Below are positions 28,799 to 38,187 of a stretch of DNA of 64,000 bases, piece after piece. This DNA comes from Methanothrix sp. (lineage in GTDB: Archaea; Halobacteriota; Methanosarcinia; Methanotrichales; Methanotrichaceae). Positions within the stretch are counted from its first letter, which is position 1. Every line of letters begins with the position of its first letter. The notes below the pieces were generated by a model, which ran no database searches, was not told the DNA's origin, and saw only the letters and a program-made list of their open reading frames with translations. The translations under genes were made by a program, and so were the position numbers. The DNA is taken from NCBI GenBank assembly GCA_037128175.1, contig JBAXWY010000010.1, positions 1 to 64,000 on the forward strand. Direction: 5' to 3'.

Positions 28799-29782
28799 TC
28801 AAACCTCGCAAATCATTTTAAGCTCTTTTTTCTCTTGCTCACTGAGCAGGCAGCCGCAAGAGCCTTCTCTGGCCATGGCGCAATTGCAGGGCTCGATATG
28901 AATGGTAACTGTAGTCCCAGGATAGTGCTGTTTGATAGAGCAGGTTATCATGTCGGCAATGCGATGTGATTCGTCAACGGACATTGATGCATCGACTCTG
29001 ATGTGAAACTCGACGAAGCGACTGGGTCCAGCTTTTCGCGTGCGAAGGCGATGAAATCCCCGGATGGTTGGAGCAAACGCCCTTATGTGCCTACGCATAT
29101 CGTCCACCTCTTCAGAAGGAAGACCCACATCCACCAGGTCACGGGCTGACTCAACCGTCAGATGATAGGCAGCTCGCACTATCAACAGAGCGACTCCTAT
29201 TGCAGCCACCGGATCCACCCATCGCAGATCTACTCCGGGAAGGACAAATCCGCCTGCAAAGATGATGGCCAGGCCGCCGAAAACACCAAGCGATGTGTAT
29301 ACGTCTGTTCGCAGATGCCATGCGTCCGCCATCAGAGCGATAGAGTCCGTTTCTTTTCCAACCTTGAAAAGATTCTTGGAAACTATAATATTCGCCATGA
29401 CGGAAATCAGCATCACGACAATGCCTAGCCATGCATCACCCAGAGGTTCGGGATTTCTCAGCTTTTTTACGGCCTCAAAGATGATCCAGCCCGCCGCAAG
29501 GAAGATGAGCAAAGCCTCAACAGTTCCGGAGATATTCTCAACCTTGCCGTGCCCGAAGGGATGGTCCTCGTCTGCCGGTTTGCCGGATTTTCTCACGGCA
29601 AAAAATGCAATGATGGCCGCCAACAGGTCCACTCCCGAATGGATGGCCTCGGATATCACAGAGACCGATCCGATCATCGTTCCTGCAACAAGTTTGAGAA
29701 TCACAAGGCTGGTATTCGAGATTACGGAAAGCAGAGCCACGTTCGACTTTCGTTTATTTTTTTCTGCATCATTGATTTCCAT
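28799..29782 (-). CDS. Cation diffusion facilitator (FieF-like)
   Basis: SEAIHSGVD, HPFGHGKVE and ADAWHLRTD; C-terminal HIEP. Confidence 0.9.
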   Translation of the reverse strand: MEINDAEKNKRKSNVALLSVISNTSLVILKLVAGTMIGSVSVISEAIHSGVDLLAAIIAFFAVRKSGKPADEDHPFGHGKVENISGTVEALLIFLAAGWIIFEAVKKLRNPEPLGDAWLGIVVMLISVMANIIVSKNLFKVGKETDSIALMADAWHLRTDVYTSLGVFGGLAIIFAGGFVLPGVDLRWVDPVAAIGVALLIVRAAYHLTVESARDLVDVGLPSEEVDDMRRHIRAFAPTIRGFHRLRTRKAGPSRFVEFHIRVDASMSVDESHRIADMITCSIKQHYPGTTVTIHIEPCNCAMAREGSCGCLLSEQEKKELKMICEV

Positions 29783-29800
29783 ATTTCTTTCCCTTACTGT

Positions 29801-29819
29801 ATGACTGACGGTCAGTCAT
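29801..29819. promoter_or_regulatory. Perfect palindrome, probable TetR operator of the CDF-usp-tetR operon
   Basis: ATGACTGAC-G-GTCAGTCAT lies between the TATA-like element at about 29828-29835 and the CDF start. Confidence 0.65.
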
Positions 29820-29850
29820 CGTATTAGTATATATTGGTTCTGCCTGGGAC

Positions 29851-29956
29851 GGCTTTGCATCTAAAGTCGGTTCTGCAACTAAAGTCGGAGACTTGCACCT
29901 AAAGTCTGATGTCTGCACTTAAAGTCCCGCTCAAAAGGAACTTTAGATGCAAAGCC
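29851..29956. mobile_element. 106-bp MITE with 17-bp terminal inverted repeats and a 9-bp target duplication
   Basis: TIR GGCTTTGCATCTAAAGT / ACTTTAGATGCAAAGCC; flanks GCCTGGGAC (29842-29850) and GCCTGAGAC (29957-29965). Confidence 0.75.
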
Positions 29957-29990
29957 GCCTGAGACAAAAAAAGGATGAATGATGATTCTC

Positions 29991-30395
29991 TTAGTTTCTT
30001 CGCCGGAGTAAGCCAACCGCGGCCAGTGTGGCCAATATGGCTAAAGCGGCATCAAATCCCGGTTGCTGTTTAATCTGTTCGCTTACCTGCTTCTTCAGCT
30101 CCTCGGTTGCCTTCTGTTGAAGCTGCCCAGGAGTCAGGTTCTGACTTATCTGGTTGATTTTTGCGGTTGCTTGCGCCGTCAGATTATCTTTGGTGGCATT
30201 GAGATCCTGGGCGATGTGCTCTTGGGTTAGATTTCCTTCGAGAACGTGCTTTGTAGCTTTCTCCTGAAGCTGTTGTCCGGCAGTATTCATCTGTTCCTGG
30301 AGGGAACTGGCAGCAGCCTCAAAGGGATTTTGGGCCGCTGCAGTTGAGAATATTGCTAAAATACACGCAATTAAAATTAAATGTAAACTATTCAT
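29991..30395 (-). CDS. PGF-CTERM-anchored surface protein
   Basis: Signal peptide; C-terminal QPGF, then a TM helix, then RRRN. Confidence 0.8.
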   Translation of the reverse strand: MNSLHLILIACILAIFSTAAAQNPFEAAASSLQEQMNTAGQQLQEKATKHVLEGNLTQEHIAQDLNATKDNLTAQATAKINQISQNLTPGQLQQKATEELKKQVSEQIKQQPGFDAALAILATLAAVGLLRRRN

Positions 30396-30541
30396 ATCTC
30401 GTATCACCAATTTTTCATGCTTTTTTCAATACCCCCGCAATAACTATTGTTAACTTAAAAGGCTTTCGCTTCATATTCATTACTAACCAAAATATTCGCA
30501 TTAGCAAAAGCTAAATAGCCAGGCCGGCAGTACCCCATTCG

Positions 30542-31411
30542 ATGTTCTCCGGCTGGGATGAATACAACCTTATAAACAAGCAACTCGCCGAACTGGTGAG
30601 AAGCCTGCCCAATTCTCCCCTGGGAGAGATAATCAGCTATGTGCTCTCCACCCCTGGAAAAAGGGTTCGTCCCCTTATCCTGATTTTCTCTGCACAGACA
30701 ATGGGCGGCAGCGCGCCTTCAGCAGTGAACGCGGCTCTGGCCATTGAGCTGGTGCATGCCGCCTCCCTGGTGCATGACGACATTCTCGACCAGGGATTAG
30801 AGCGAAGAGGCTCAGAAAGCGCTTTGCAACGTTTTGGTCCGGAAGCCTCTCTTCTTGCCGGGGACTGGCTCATATCTCGATCTATAGAGCTGATATCTCA
30901 TTATAGCCAGCCGGTAATAAGCACTTTTGCCTCCGCCTGCATGGACATGTCAGAGGGAGAGCTGATGGATTTGTCTTCCGCCTCAACCCCTGATGATTAC
31001 TACCAATGCATCTCTAAGAAAACCGCCACTCTCTTTTCCGCATCCGCCAAGATGGGCGGACTCATAGCCGGAGCTGGTGAAGTGGATGTTTCCAGGTTGG
31101 AGAGTTATGGGACGCACCTGGGTCTGGGCTATCAGGTACTCGATGACCTGGAGGAATTCATGGGGCTGGATCAAGGAAAATCGTCCGAGAAGATTTCGGT
31201 TACCCTTCCCATAATCTACAGCAACCAGTATCAGGATGATGTCGCAAGGCAGATGTGCATTAAGGTCATTGATGATCACAGCAGCCTCGCAAAAAAAGCT
31301 CTTTTTCTCTCAACAGGACGCGATGATATGTTATCTCGCCTGGAGAGCATCGTGGACGAGATGACGCAGCGGGGACTAGAGAGATGCAGATCGCAAAAAA
31401 GCCTCTGCTGA
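30542..31411 (+). CDS. Polyprenyl diphosphate synthase
   Basis: GKRVRP; ASLVHDDILD..RRG (FARM); KKTATLF; QVLDDLEE (variant SARM). Confidence 0.9.
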   Translation: MFSGWDEYNLINKQLAELVRSLPNSPLGEIISYVLSTPGKRVRPLILIFSAQTMGGSAPSAVNAALAIELVHAASLVHDDILDQGLERRGSESALQRFGPEASLLAGDWLISRSIELISHYSQPVISTFASACMDMSEGELMDLSSASTPDDYYQCISKKTATLFSASAKMGGLIAGAGEVDVSRLESYGTHLGLGYQVLDDLEEFMGLDQGKSSEKISVTLPIIYSNQYQDDVARQMCIKVIDDHSSLAKKALFLSTGRDDMLSRLESIVDEMTQRGLERCRSQKSLC

Positions 31412-32523
31412 GTTTTGAGGCTTCCGCCGAAGGAAGAGGCATCACGCTTTCCGCCCGGGGCGCGCTCGCTCCAATAGCCAGGCCGATCATGGACCGGATC
31501 AATAAGATCTTTGCCGATGAGAAGCCCATAAGCTCCGGCCCGGACAAGTTCATCTTCTCCACCTGGATTCCGCCCGCCCCCAGCCAGGCCTTCGATCGCA
31601 TGCTCTCCGCCCAGGTGGCGGCTTTAACCCGTCGACCAGTGCCCGATCAGTTTTCCATAGCCGTCATGAGGGCCTGTCCCAATGACTGCATTCATTGCAG
31701 CGCCCCCTCCCGCCAGGGAGAGATACTGGAGAGCGCAGTTGTAAAAATGGCGATCTCCCAGGCACTGGATATGGGTTCTTACCTCATAACTTTTGACGGG
31801 GGCGAGCCCATGTTGAGAAAGGATCTGCCCGATCTGGTCTCCTCCGTGGACGAGCGGGCCATTGCCACAACATTCACCAGCGGCTATCATCTCACGGTCG
31901 ATCTGGCGCAGAAGCTCAAACAGGCCGGGCTTTATGCCGTGCGAATCAGCATCGACAGTCCCTTTGAAAAAGAGCACGACCGGGTACGGGGCCGCTGCGG
32001 CGCTTACCACGATGCGCTCGATGGCGTCAAAAACGCGCTGGAAGCGGGCCTGCTGGTGGACCTGTTCATGGTGACTTCCCCTCACAACATCGACCATCTG
32101 GAGGATGCTTTTTCGCTGGCCACGAATCTGGGCGTGCATGAGCTCTCCTTTTACGAGATTGTGGCAGTGGGCCGCTGGGCATCGCATGAGGATGAGGTGC
32201 TGACAAACGCTGATGTCCTGCGCCTGGAACGCTTCCACAAGGAAAAGAACCGGTCCTCCGGACCCAGGGTCTCAGCTCTGCCCTATCTCCTCGGCCCGGA
32301 GATGTTCGGATGCTTTGCCGGGAGAAGGTGGATTCACGTGGACGGCGCAGGCGAGGCCCTGCCCTGCGCCTACATGCCGCTCTCCTTTGGGAATATCAAA
32401 GAAAAGAGTCTGAAGGAGATCTGGAAGGAGATGACCCGCTATCAATGGTTCCAGGGGAAATGCTCCTGTCAGATGAGAGACCACGAATTCAGGGAAGCGC
32501 ACCGCAAGATACTGGGGAAATAG
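31384..32523 (+). CDS. Radical SAM protein with a SPASM/twitch domain
   Basis: CPNDCIHC; GGEP; CFAGR..PC..C.C; overlaps the prenyl synthase. Confidence 0.9.
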   Translation: MQIAKKPLLSFEASAEGRGITLSARGALAPIARPIMDRINKIFADEKPISSGPDKFIFSTWIPPAPSQAFDRMLSAQVAALTRRPVPDQFSIAVMRACPNDCIHCSAPSRQGEILESAVVKMAISQALDMGSYLITFDGGEPMLRKDLPDLVSSVDERAIATTFTSGYHLTVDLAQKLKQAGLYAVRISIDSPFEKEHDRVRGRCGAYHDALDGVKNALEAGLLVDLFMVTSPHNIDHLEDAFSLATNLGVHELSFYEIVAVGRWASHEDEVLTNADVLRLERFHKEKNRSSGPRVSALPYLLGPEMFGCFAGRRWIHVDGAGEALPCAYMPLSFGNIKEKSLKEIWKEMTRYQWFQGKCSCQMRDHEFREAHRKILGK

Positions 32524-32545
32524 GATTTTAGTGGAGGTTTGGTAA

Positions 32546-33100
32546 ATGTTCAATTTGAGAAACATCTTGTTAATGCTGGCCGCTATCGCCTGCATTATGG
32601 TTGGAGCTTACGCTGCGCCTACGCCAAGAGTCATAGTGCCGGCCGGCATGGATCTATCCCTGGATGGAATGCAGATATCCGATCCGGAGCACACGGCAGA
32701 ATACATGGAAATGACGGGCGGCACGGCAAAGCCCGGCCTGCAGACGTATGGCCGCAATCTGGCCGGCAACTGGAGCTTTGAGCTGAGAAACCAGAAATCC
32801 GTGCCCATCGGCGACATTGAGCTGCGGCTTTACCAGTCGGAAGCGGCTATCTTTGGCACGGGTATCTTCAAGCAGGGCTTAAACCGGCAGATGGCCACAG
32901 CGGAGGGCTCTCTTCTGGAAGGAAACGCCATGATCCTGAATGTCATATCTCTGGACAACGTCTTCCTCTACCGGATGACCCTCAACAGCGCTGACGGCAA
33001 CAGCACGTCGGGAGCCTTCACCCTCTACCTGCCAACGGGCGAGGCGCCGGTGAAAGGAACAGTATCCGGCGGCAGAAGCGATGAGCGAAGGATCAGCTGA
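32546..33100 (+). CDS. Secreted hypothetical protein
   Basis: Signal peptide; GGAGG RBS; followed by a hairpin and T-tract at about 33118-33152. Confidence 0.7.
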   Translation: MFNLRNILLMLAAIACIMVGAYAAPTPRVIVPAGMDLSLDGMQISDPEHTAEYMEMTGGTAKPGLQTYGRNLAGNWSFELRNQKSVPIGDIELRLYQSEAAIFGTGIFKQGLNRQMATAEGSLLEGNAMILNVISLDNVFLYRMTLNSADGNSTSGAFTLYLPTGEAPVKGTVSGGRSDERRIS

Positions 33101-33277
33101 AAAGATGATTTAGTGTTCAGGGAGCGTTCCGCTTTCCCCGGATTTTTTTTGTATCTTGCTTTTTTTGGCTCTTCGCCTTTCCAGTGGCTAACCCTAGGTT
33201 ACTATTGACGTTACAGTTATCCGTCTGTTCGTCCTATGTGCGCTCTGTGGCTCTGTGGTTTTATTCCGTAAACCACC

Positions 33278-34102
33278 TCAGATTCCCAGGGCCAGACGAA
33301 GCGTATTTCGGATGGCAGGCGCCAGGCCCAGGGTGATCAAGGTCAGTTTGGTGAGATTTCGCAGAGAGGGTTCCTGCATAGATTTGTCGATCATGTAGAG
33401 CACGGGCAGGAGGATCGCCAGCTTGAGAGGAAACATAATAGCTGCGGAGCCGGTCAGGTCTATGAGAAAAGTGGGAACGACATGCTTCTCATAGTAACCA
33501 AACCAGTCCACTCCATAATAAGTTGAGCTGGCATCCAGCATATGAGCGTAGATGATCATTTGATTGAATCTTCCGTCCAAAAACTTCAGAGCGGACAGAT
33601 GACGCCCGCAAAAGAGAACGCCCCCAGCGAGGAGCGAACCCAGCAGGAAGACGGCGGCTATGACCCAGGTGTTCTTAAATCCGAGTGTGGAAAGAACGGC
33701 CAGATTGAAAAAAGTCCAGAGAAAGCCAAATGCGGCATATCTTGCATGAAACTTCTCGCCCCAGATCTTACGGGTGATGATCAAACAGGCAGCCGTAATT
33801 AGAAAGACCAGGAAGAATATGAGCGGCGTGATTAAAAGATATCTCCAGGGAGCAGCAACCAGATTGCCGTCCTCGATCACCCGCAAGCTCGAACCGGCCA
33901 GGACGTAAGGCAGGGTAGAGAGCAGCAGCCGCTCATCCATTAAGAGATCCCAGCGGCTAAGCAGTTTTATCAGGCCAAGTATAGCCAGACCCAGGATTAT
34001 CGCCCAGGTAATAGTATCCACAGGGTTATAGCTGGTGTCGTAGACTATGGGATCGAGGTAGTATTTTTGGACAAAGGCGGCAAGGCCGGCAAGGTCGTTC
34101 AC
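33278..34102 (-). CDS. DUF63-family membrane protein
   Basis: YNPVDTITWA, LRVIED, AHMLDASST, YYEKHV and LGLAPAIRN. Confidence 0.8.
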   Translation of the reverse strand: MNDLAGLAAFVQKYYLDPIVYDTSYNPVDTITWAIILGLAILGLIKLLSRWDLLMDERLLLSTLPYVLAGSSLRVIEDGNLVAAPWRYLLITPLIFFLVFLITAACLIITRKIWGEKFHARYAAFGFLWTFFNLAVLSTLGFKNTWVIAAVFLLGSLLAGGVLFCGRHLSALKFLDGRFNQMIIYAHMLDASSTYYGVDWFGYYEKHVVPTFLIDLTGSAAIMFPLKLAILLPVLYMIDKSMQEPSLRNLTKLTLITLGLAPAIRNTLRLALGI

Positions 34103-34258
34103 GTTAAGTCCTTGTGCGGCCTAATATTTCTTATTTGCTCAAATTGATTCCAGCGGCATTTTTCCTCGACCTTTGCCTATGACCGACGGCGGAAAGTATT
34201 TATATAGCAGAAGTAAAAAGCGTCATGTCCGTTTTCTGATTTTAGTTGAGGTAATTAG

Positions 34259-34879
34259 ATGGTCGAGGTGTTCAAAGGTACAACTACGGTAGGTGTACTC
34301 TGCGATGGGGGTGTAGTCCTTGCATCGGAGAGCCGTGCTACCATGGGCAGCTTCATAGCCAGCAGCAGCGCCAAGAAGATTTATCAGATCGACGACTTGG
34401 TGGGTCTGACTACGGCAGGTGCGGTAGGAGATGCTCAATCACTGGTCCGAATGGTTCAGGTGGAGGCAAGGCTCTACAAGATGCAAAGGGGTGAAGGCAT
34501 GACCGTTAAAGCTGTAACCTCCATGCTGGCCAATATCCTCTCTTCTCGTCGCTACTATCCCTTTATGGTGCAGCTCGTCATGGGCGGAGTAGACAGATAC
34601 GGCCCCAGGATATATTCGCTTGATGCATTGGGCGGGCAGATCGAAGAGCGTGAGGTTGTGGCCACCGGTTCAGGATCTCCCATAGCCTACGGCGTGCTGG
34701 AATCCATGTACAAGCCCGGCATAAGCATTGAGGATGGAACGGTGCTGGCCGCCAGGGCAATTCATAATGCCATGAAGCGCGATTCCGCTTCCGGCGATAA
34801 AATCGAGCTCGTCAGAATCACCGATAAATACCAGGAGGTAGGCGAGCCGGAGTTTTCAGATATTATGAAGCTCCTTTAA
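34259..34879 (+). CDS. psmB: Proteasome beta subunit
   Basis: KG|TTTVG autoprocessing site; GSGS; RDSASG. Confidence 0.95.
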   Translation: MVEVFKGTTTVGVLCDGGVVLASESRATMGSFIASSSAKKIYQIDDLVGLTTAGAVGDAQSLVRMVQVEARLYKMQRGEGMTVKAVTSMLANILSSRRYYPFMVQLVMGGVDRYGPRIYSLDALGGQIEEREVVATGSGSPIAYGVLESMYKPGISIEDGTVLAARAIHNAMKRDSASGDKIELVRITDKYQEVGEPEFSDIMKLL

Positions 34880-34899
34880 TCTTTTTTGGATGTGTTCTA

Positions 34900-36807
34900 T
34901 TGTCTGTAGAAGAAGTACTTTTTGAGCTCAAACGCAAGGTGCAGAGCAAGCTGCCTCCGGACGTCAATGTCACGGGGCTGGAATTCGAGGGTCCGGAGTT
35001 GGTCATTTATACCGACGACCCCAAGAAGCTGGCGGACGATGGCGATATCATACGTAACCTGGCCAAGGAGCTTCGGAAACGTGTGGTGGTGCGTCCAGAC
35101 CTGAAGGTATTGGCAGAACCTGAAATTTCCATAATCAAGATTCAGGAGGTTGTGCCCAAGGAAGCGGTTCTCACCAACTACTACTTTGATGGCGAGACCG
35201 GAGAAGTGCAGATCGAGGCGGAAAAGCCGGGCCTGGTTATAGGTCGCCACGGTGCGACGCTGCGCGAGATTACCAAGCTGATCGGCTGGACACCCAAAGT
35301 GGTCCGAACCCCACCGGTACGCTCCACGACCATCGCCAACATTAAGGATTATCTGCGCAGCGTTCAGACGGAGCGAAAGACCATCTTGCGCACGGTGGGC
35401 CGTAAGATTCACCGAGATATAGCTTCCAAGGACCAGTGGGTTCGCATCACCACACTTGGAGGCTGTCGCGAGGTAGGCAGAAGCTGCATGCTTCTTTCCA
35501 CTCCCGAGTCACGCATCATCATCGACTGCGGCGTAAACGTGGGATCGGACGACTCAGCTACGCCCTACCTCTATGTGCCAGAGGTCTATCCGCTAAATCA
35601 GATCGATGCCGTGGTCTTGACGCATGCTCACCTGGACCATGCCGGTCTTGTTCCCATGCTCTACAAATACGGCTACGAAGGGCCTATTTACTGCACTCCG
35701 CCTACCAGGGATTTGGCTGTGCTTTTGCAGCTCGATTATATTGAGATTGCCGGGCGCGAGGGAAAGAGGCTGCCATACGACTCTACAATGGTTCGTGAGG
35801 CTCTTAAGCATACTATCACCCTCAACTACGGGGACGTAACCGACATTGCACCCGACACCAAATTGACCATGCACAATGCCGGCCACATTCTGGGCTCCTC
35901 CATTGCCCACTTCCACATTGGAGACGGCCTTTACAATGTAGCTTTTACCGGAGACCAAAAGTTCGAACGAACCAGGCTCTTCGATCCGGCAGTATGCAAT
36001 TTTCCGCGATTGGAAACGCTGGTGACTGAGGCCACCTACGGAGGAACGAACAGCATTCAACCCTCCAGAAAAGATGCAGAAGTCACTTTGATAAACGTGG
36101 TCAAGGAAACCATCAACAAGGGCGGCAAAGTCATCATTCCTGCCTTCTCCGTTGGCAGAAGCCAAGAGGTCATGGTTGTCTTGGAGGAGGCCATCCGAAA
36201 GAAGATCATAGATGAGGTGCCGGTCTGTCTGGACGGAATGATCTACGAGGCCACTGCCATTCATACCACGTATCCCGAGTACCTCAATAACGATCTTCGA
36301 GATCTCATATTCCACAAAGGAATCAATCCCTTCCTGGCCCAGTGTTTTGTGAAGGTGGAGAGCCCCAAGCAGAGGACGGAGATAATTGAAGGGCCGCCCT
36401 GTGTGATACTGGCGACAAGCGGCATGCTCAACGGTGGGCCGGTTCTCGAGTATCTCAAACGTCTGGGACCGGATGAGAAGAATACGCTGGTAATTGTAGG
36501 ATACCAGGCAGAGGGAACTTTAGGACGGCGCATTCAGAAAGGATGGAAGGAATTGCCCCTCTCCGTAGAGGGCAAGACCCAGACGGTAAAGATCAACCTT
36601 GAGGTAACCACGGTGGACGGCTTTTCCGGGCACTCCGATCGTCAGCAGCTCATGGAATACATGCGCCGCATCTATCCCAAGCCCGGCCGGGTCATCACCA
36701 ACCACGGCGAAGAGGGCAACTGCCTCGATTTAGCCAGCTCCATTTACAAGAGGTACAGGATACCGACTATGGCGCCCATGAATCTGGAGACGGTAAGGCT
36801 GATTTGA
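34900..36807 (+). CDS. fttA: aCPSF1/FttA beta-CASP ribonuclease with KH domains
   Basis: KH motif IGRHG; [22 protein letters not shown] and FSGHSD. Confidence 0.95.
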   Translation: MSVEEVLFELKRKVQSKLPPDVNVTGLEFEGPELVIYTDDPKKLADDGDIIRNLAKELRKRVVVRPDLKVLAEPEISIIKIQEVVPKEAVLTNYYFDGETGEVQIEAEKPGLVIGRHGATLREITKLIGWTPKVVRTPPVRSTTIANIKDYLRSVQTERKTILRTVGRKIHRDIASKDQWVRITTLGGCREVGRSCMLLSTPESRIIIDCGVNVGSDDSATPYLYVPEVYPLNQIDAVVLTHAHLDHAGLVPMLYKYGYEGPIYCTPPTRDLAVLLQLDYIEIAGREGKRLPYDSTMVREALKHTITLNYGDVTDIAPDTKLTMHNAGHILGSSIAHFHIGDGLYNVAFTGDQKFERTRLFDPAVCNFPRLETLVTEATYGGTNSIQPSRKDAEVTLINVVKETINKGGKVIIPAFSVGRSQEVMVVLEEAIRKKIIDEVPVCLDGMIYEATAIHTTYPEYLNNDLRDLIFHKGINPFLAQCFVKVESPKQRTEIIEGPPCVILATSGMLNGGPVLEYLKRLGPDEKNTLVIVGYQAEGTLGRRIQKGWKELPLSVEGKTQTVKINLEVTTVDGFSGHSDRQQLMEYMRRIYPKPGRVITNHGEEGNCLDLASSIYKRYRIPTMAPMNLETVRLI

Positions 36808-36868
36808 AGAATGCTGATCTTCAAAAGCTTTATCAAATTAGAGAGATAATACCAATGCGAGGTTCTTT

Positions 36869-37387
36869 GTGACGGGAAAGAGAACGCGGATCATCAACGA
36901 TCCATCAGATCTGGTCCCATTGTTGCAGGCCTTCGGCTCCGATGTCCATAAGAAGATCTTTGACGAATTGAGCCGAGAATGGCATACTGAGCGTGAGCTG
37001 ACAACGCTTATCGGCGACGAAGCTAGCGTTCACCGAAGTGTGGCACTACTGCGCAAAAGCGGCCTAATCGAGACCAAGTGGAGGGTCCCCGAGCCGGGAG
37101 CCAGTCCCGAGAAAGAGTATCATTCCACATACTCACGCGTGCAGGCCAGCTTCGGGGCCACCATGGAGGATCTTAGTGAGTTGATCAGCCTCACCTTCAT
37201 GTCCGATGAGGAGCTACGTACAGTGATCGAGAAGTTGCAGACCATGGTCAATGGCGGCAACAATAGTCTATCCAACCTTTCTCGAGAGCTGGGACTCAGC
37301 CAGATATTTATTCGCGGCGTGGCCAAGAGAGCGGAGGGCCTCGCGGTGAGGGGTCAACGCATTGAGCCCTACGTTGAGGACTATTAA
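36869..37387 (+). CDS. ArsR-like wHTH protein
   Basis: RTRIINDPSDLVPLL; LRKSGLIETKWR..PEKEYH. Confidence 0.7.
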   Translation: MTGKRTRIINDPSDLVPLLQAFGSDVHKKIFDELSREWHTERELTTLIGDEASVHRSVALLRKSGLIETKWRVPEPGASPEKEYHSTYSRVQASFGATMEDLSELISLTFMSDEELRTVIEKLQTMVNGGNNSLSNLSRELGLSQIFIRGVAKRAEGLAVRGQRIEPYVEDY

Positions 37388-38175
37388 TGGCCAATGTCCT
37401 GCAGAGCAAGCGGGAAAGCTCCCGTTTTCAGATTCTTGTGGAAATCGCCGCCCACCAGCCTAACCTTCGGCAAAAGGAGGTGGCTGAGAGTCTGGGCGTC
37501 ACTCCCCAGGCCATATCCGAGTACATCAAGGAGCTGGTAGCGGATGGACTGGTGACCACGGATGGACGGATGCGCTATCGCATCACCAAAGAGGGAGTGG
37601 AGTGGCTGCTGGAGAGTGCTGCCGAGCTGAAGCGCTATGCACGGGTGGTGATGGAAGAGATCATCAGCCATGTCTCTGTCTGGGCGGCCATCGCTGAAGC
37701 TGATCTGGCGGAGGGCGAGCGGGTATCTCTGGAGATGCGTAGCGGCCTTCTGTATGCCAATAAAAAAGAAGGGATAGATGCCAGCGGAGTTGTCATTGCC
37801 GATACGCTGTCCGGAGAGGATGTGGGTGTATCAGACCTGCAGGGGCTGATAAGCCTTGATGAAGGAAAGATTATTCTCTGCAAAGTGCCCCGAGTGCAGA
37901 ATGGAGGCTCCGGCAAGGTAGATTTGCCGGCACTACGATCCTTGCTTGCCAGAGTAAAGAATGTGGGCTGCCTTGGTATCGAGGCATTGGTGGCGCTGCG
38001 CAAAGTGGGGCGTGAGCCGGACATCATCTTCGGGGCCAAGGAGTTCGCAGTCGAGGCGGCATATCACGGCATCAGCTCAGTGATCGTCAGTGTGGATGAG
38101 CAGATTCCGGGGCTTCTTACGCGCCTGGAGTCAGAGGGCCTGAAGTACGAGCTTATTGACCTCACTTTGGGATAA
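37387..38175 (+). CDS. wHTH transcriptional regulator
   Basis: QKEVAESLGVTPQAISEYIKEL HTH. Confidence 0.8.
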   Translation: MANVLQSKRESSRFQILVEIAAHQPNLRQKEVAESLGVTPQAISEYIKELVADGLVTTDGRMRYRITKEGVEWLLESAAELKRYARVVMEEIISHVSVWAAIAEADLAEGERVSLEMRSGLLYANKKEGIDASGVVIADTLSGEDVGVSDLQGLISLDEGKIILCKVPRVQNGGSGKVDLPALRSLLARVKNVGCLGIEALVALRKVGREPDIIFGAKEFAVEAAYHGISSVIVSVDEQIPGLLTRLESEGLKYELIDLTLG

Positions 38176-38187
38176 ATATTTTTAAGA

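Noticed and set aside
29855-29930. Four short direct repeats as a mini-CRISPR
   Set aside because: The repeats are 13 nt with 5-7-nt gaps, there are no cas genes, and the MITE explains them.
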